Shown here piece by piece: positions 61,896 to 64,000 of a DNA stretch of 64,000 nt (the stretch's first letter is position 1; each line of letters opens with the position of its first letter). The notes beneath the pieces were generated by a model that was not told the origin of the DNA, ran no database searches, and saw only the letters and a program-made list of their open reading frames with translations. Origin of the DNA: Longimicrobiales bacterium (GTDB lineage: Bacteria > Gemmatimonadota > Gemmatimonadetes > Longimicrobiales > Gaopeijiaceae); assembly GCA_965204735.1 (NCBI GenBank), contig OZ242008.1:3616001-3680000 (forward strand). The letters are read 5' to 3'. The position numbers and the translations under genes are program-made.

Positions 61896-62648
61896 TTAGT
61901 CGAACTCCCGGATCTTGATGTTGCGGAACCACACCGGGTCGCCGTGGTCCTGCAAGCCCACATGCCCCCGCCGGGCCCTGCCGTAGCGCGGCCACTCGGC
62001 GAACTTGGTCTTGGCGACCGCCGCTTCCCACTCGGGGGACCAGAGCTCGTAGGCCACCGCCCTCGCGCCGTTCAGCCAGTGCTCCACGTGGGCGCCGCTC
62101 ACCACGATTCGGACGCGGTTCCATTCGCCCACGGGGCGCACGACGTGGTTCAGCGGCTCGTGGAGGGCGTAGTTGGACCCCGCCGACGTCTTGGGGCTCT
62201 TGCCGTCGGCGTGGCCGTCGTCGTCGAGTATCTGCATCTCGGGGCCGCTCCAGTACGGCGCGCGTTCCTCCTCCGTGACGCGGTAGAAGATCCCGCTGTT
62301 GCCGCCGGGCCCGATCTTCCACTCCAGCGACAGCTCGAAGTCCCCGAACCGCTCGGCCGTGATCAAGTCCCCGCCGCCCCCGCTGCTCGCCCGAGGCGCG
62401 AAGGCCAGGACCCCGCCTTCCGCCGACCATCCGGCCGGAACGCTCTGCCGCCGGTAGCCCCGCCACCCGTCGAGGGACTCGCCGTCAAAGAGAAGCCGCC
62501 AGCCCTCCGCCTCCTCCGCGGGGGTCAAGCGGTTGGTAACCGGCTCCTGGCCGGGAGCCGCGCCGAAGCTCCACGCTGCGGCGACGCAGGCCAGCGGCAA
62601 GGCGAGCCGCCAACAGCGCGTCGGAGAGGGGGCAGGCATCGAAGACAT
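61896..62648 (-). CDS. DUF1080 (3-keto-disaccharide hydrolase) protein
   Basis: GWRLLFDGESLDGW, GNSGIFY, EMQILD, LQDHG..VWFRNIKI. Confidence 0.92.
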   Translation of the reverse strand: MSSMPAPSPTRCWRLALPLACVAAAWSFGAAPGQEPVTNRLTPAEEAEGWRLLFDGESLDGWRGYRRQSVPAGWSAEGGVLAFAPRASSGGGGDLITAERFGDFELSLEWKIGPGGNSGIFYRVTEEERAPYWSGPEMQILDDDGHADGKSPKTSAGSNYALHEPLNHVVRPVGEWNRVRIVVSGAHVEHWLNGARAVAYELWSPEWEAAVAKTKFAEWPRYGRARRGHVGLQDHGDPVWFRNIKIREFD

Positions 62649-62673
62649 GGCGGGCGGAGCGCCTCCTCCTGGT

Positions 62674-63681
62674 TCAGCGCGGACGGTGGTGGAACGCGGC
62701 GTCGAAAGCCGCCGGCGACGGCGCAAAGGCCATTCGGCTCACGAACCGCCGGGCCTCCGCCGCCCCTTCTTCCCGGTCCATTCCCGGGTCCTCCCACTCC
62801 ACCGAGAGCGGTCCCGCGTACCCCACTTGGTTGAGAGCCCGGACGACTGCTTCGAAGTCTACGCGCCCGCGGCCCGGAGAGCGAAAGTCCCAGAAGCGGC
62901 GCGGGTCGCCGAACTCGGTGTGGCCGCCGAAGACGCCTGCGTCGGTCGGGCGGGAGGACCACCAGGCGTCCTTGACGTGGACATGGAAGATTCGGTCGCC
63001 GAAGCGCGAGACGAAGCGTTCGTAGTCCACGCCTTGATAGGCCAGGTGGCTCGGGTCGTAGTTGAAGCCGAAGGCCGGGTGCCGCTTCACGGCTTCCAGG
63101 GCGCGCTCGGCCGTGGCGACGTCGAAGGCGACTTCGGTGGGGTGGACCTCCAGCGCGAAGCGTACGCCTTCCTGGGCGAAGACGTCCAGAACGGGGGTCC
63201 ACGCTGCCGCGAACGCCTGGTACCCGTCGTCGATCCACTTGGCCGGCACCGGGGGAAAGGAGTAGAGGAGGTGCCAAATGGGACTTCCGGTGAAGCCGTT
63301 CACCACCGCGACCCCCAGGCGGGCGGCGGCCCTGGCCGTGTCCTCCATCTCCCGCGCTGCGCGGCGACGGACCCCGGCGGGCTCGCCGTCGCCCCAGACC
63401 CTCTCGGGAAGAATCGCCCTGTGCCGCTCGTCGATCCGGTCGCAGACAGCCTGCCCCGCCAAGTGGTTGCTGATCGCCCAGACCTGGAGACCATGGCGCT
63501 CCAGCCGCCCCCGCACTTCGTCGCAGTACGCGGGCTCGTCCAGCGCCGCCGCCACGTCGAAGTGGTCTCCCCAGCACGCCAGCTCGAGTCCGTCGTACCC
63601 CCAGGCGGCGGCCTTGCCTGCAAGCTCGTCGAGCGGCATGTCGGCCCACTGGCCGGTGAAGAGCGTGATCGGCCGACTCAT
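62674..63681 (-). CDS. Sugar phosphate isomerase/epimerase (TIM barrel)
   Basis: [33 protein letters not shown]. Confidence 0.92.
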   Translation of the reverse strand: MSRPITLFTGQWADMPLDELAGKAAAWGYDGLELACWGDHFDVAAALDEPAYCDEVRGRLERHGLQVWAISNHLAGQAVCDRIDERHRAILPERVWGDGEPAGVRRRAAREMEDTARAAARLGVAVVNGFTGSPIWHLLYSFPPVPAKWIDDGYQAFAAAWTPVLDVFAQEGVRFALEVHPTEVAFDVATAERALEAVKRHPAFGFNYDPSHLAYQGVDYERFVSRFGDRIFHVHVKDAWWSSRPTDAGVFGGHTEFGDPRRFWDFRSPGRGRVDFEAVVRALNQVGYAGPLSVEWEDPGMDREEGAAEARRFVSRMAFAPSPAAFDAAFHHRPR

Positions 63682-63757
63682 GGGCATGGCTCCGAAAATC
63701 CGGGGGCGCCGGTCTGCAGGATCGGCCAGGGGCAAGCGCTGCGATCGTCGCTCGACG

Positions 63758-64000
63758 CTACCGTTCCGCGTCTCCCCTTTCGTCCGTCTCCTCGCGCTTC
63801 GCCTTCTCCGCCGCGAACTGCTCGTCCGTCAGGTACGTGACGTCGACCCAGGCGTGGGCCATTTCGTCCACCGTGCGGTCGCCCCAGCCGACCCACTGGG
63901 TGTGGTCGGGGTTGTTGGGGTTGTCCGGGGTGTTGTCGTGCCAAGCGGTGATCACCAGCGTGGTGCCGGCGGGGAGGAGGGGCGCGGCGTGGTCGGCGTA
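63758..64000 (-). CDS. C-terminus of a copper type II monooxygenase-like protein (partial)
   Basis: [32 protein letters not shown]. Confidence 0.7.
   Translation of the reverse strand, partial: YADHAAPLLPAGTTLVITAWHDNTPDNPNNPDHTQWVGWGDRTVDEMAHAWVDVTYLTDEQFAAEKAKREETDERGDAER

Overview
High-GC bacterial window. Gene content (lipoproteins with Ig-like, LRR and M66-like domains, six-bladed propellers, DUF885, PQQ sugar dehydrogenases) suggests a Gemmatimonadota genome, possibly a host-associated one; this is an inference. Bases 1-18.5 kb are an accessory region: an IS graveyard (ISL3, ISNCY-like and two IS21 subtypes, with one intact IS21 nested inside an inverted copy of itself) interleaved with genes for secreted or lipoprotein cargo. 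Five cargo genes share a conserved ~40-55 bp upstream motif. Housekeeping genes include sufCBD-Rieske-sufS, ECF sigma/anti-sigma/ybjQ, a trmJ-like gene, an MFS transporter, tatA, acyl-CoA dehydrogenase, gcvH-gcvP, a lipoate ligase-family gene, exbB/tolQ and a lytic transglycosylase. Two more low-GC islands interrupt them. The 27.4-34.0 kb island carries a Cys-rich protein plus a beta-propeller, then an SNF2 helicase plus an Hsp70/actin-fold ATPase (candidate defence pair). The 52.1-55.6 kb island carries an AraC-like regulator convergent on an operon of thioredoxin-like protein, beta-propeller lipoprotein and two secreted peptides with the same CGG-x5-C-x5-C...C-xT-xx-Y framework; this is the best candidate for an undescribed system. 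No rRNA, tRNA or CRISPR array was recognised. All calls were made by eye; no searches were run.
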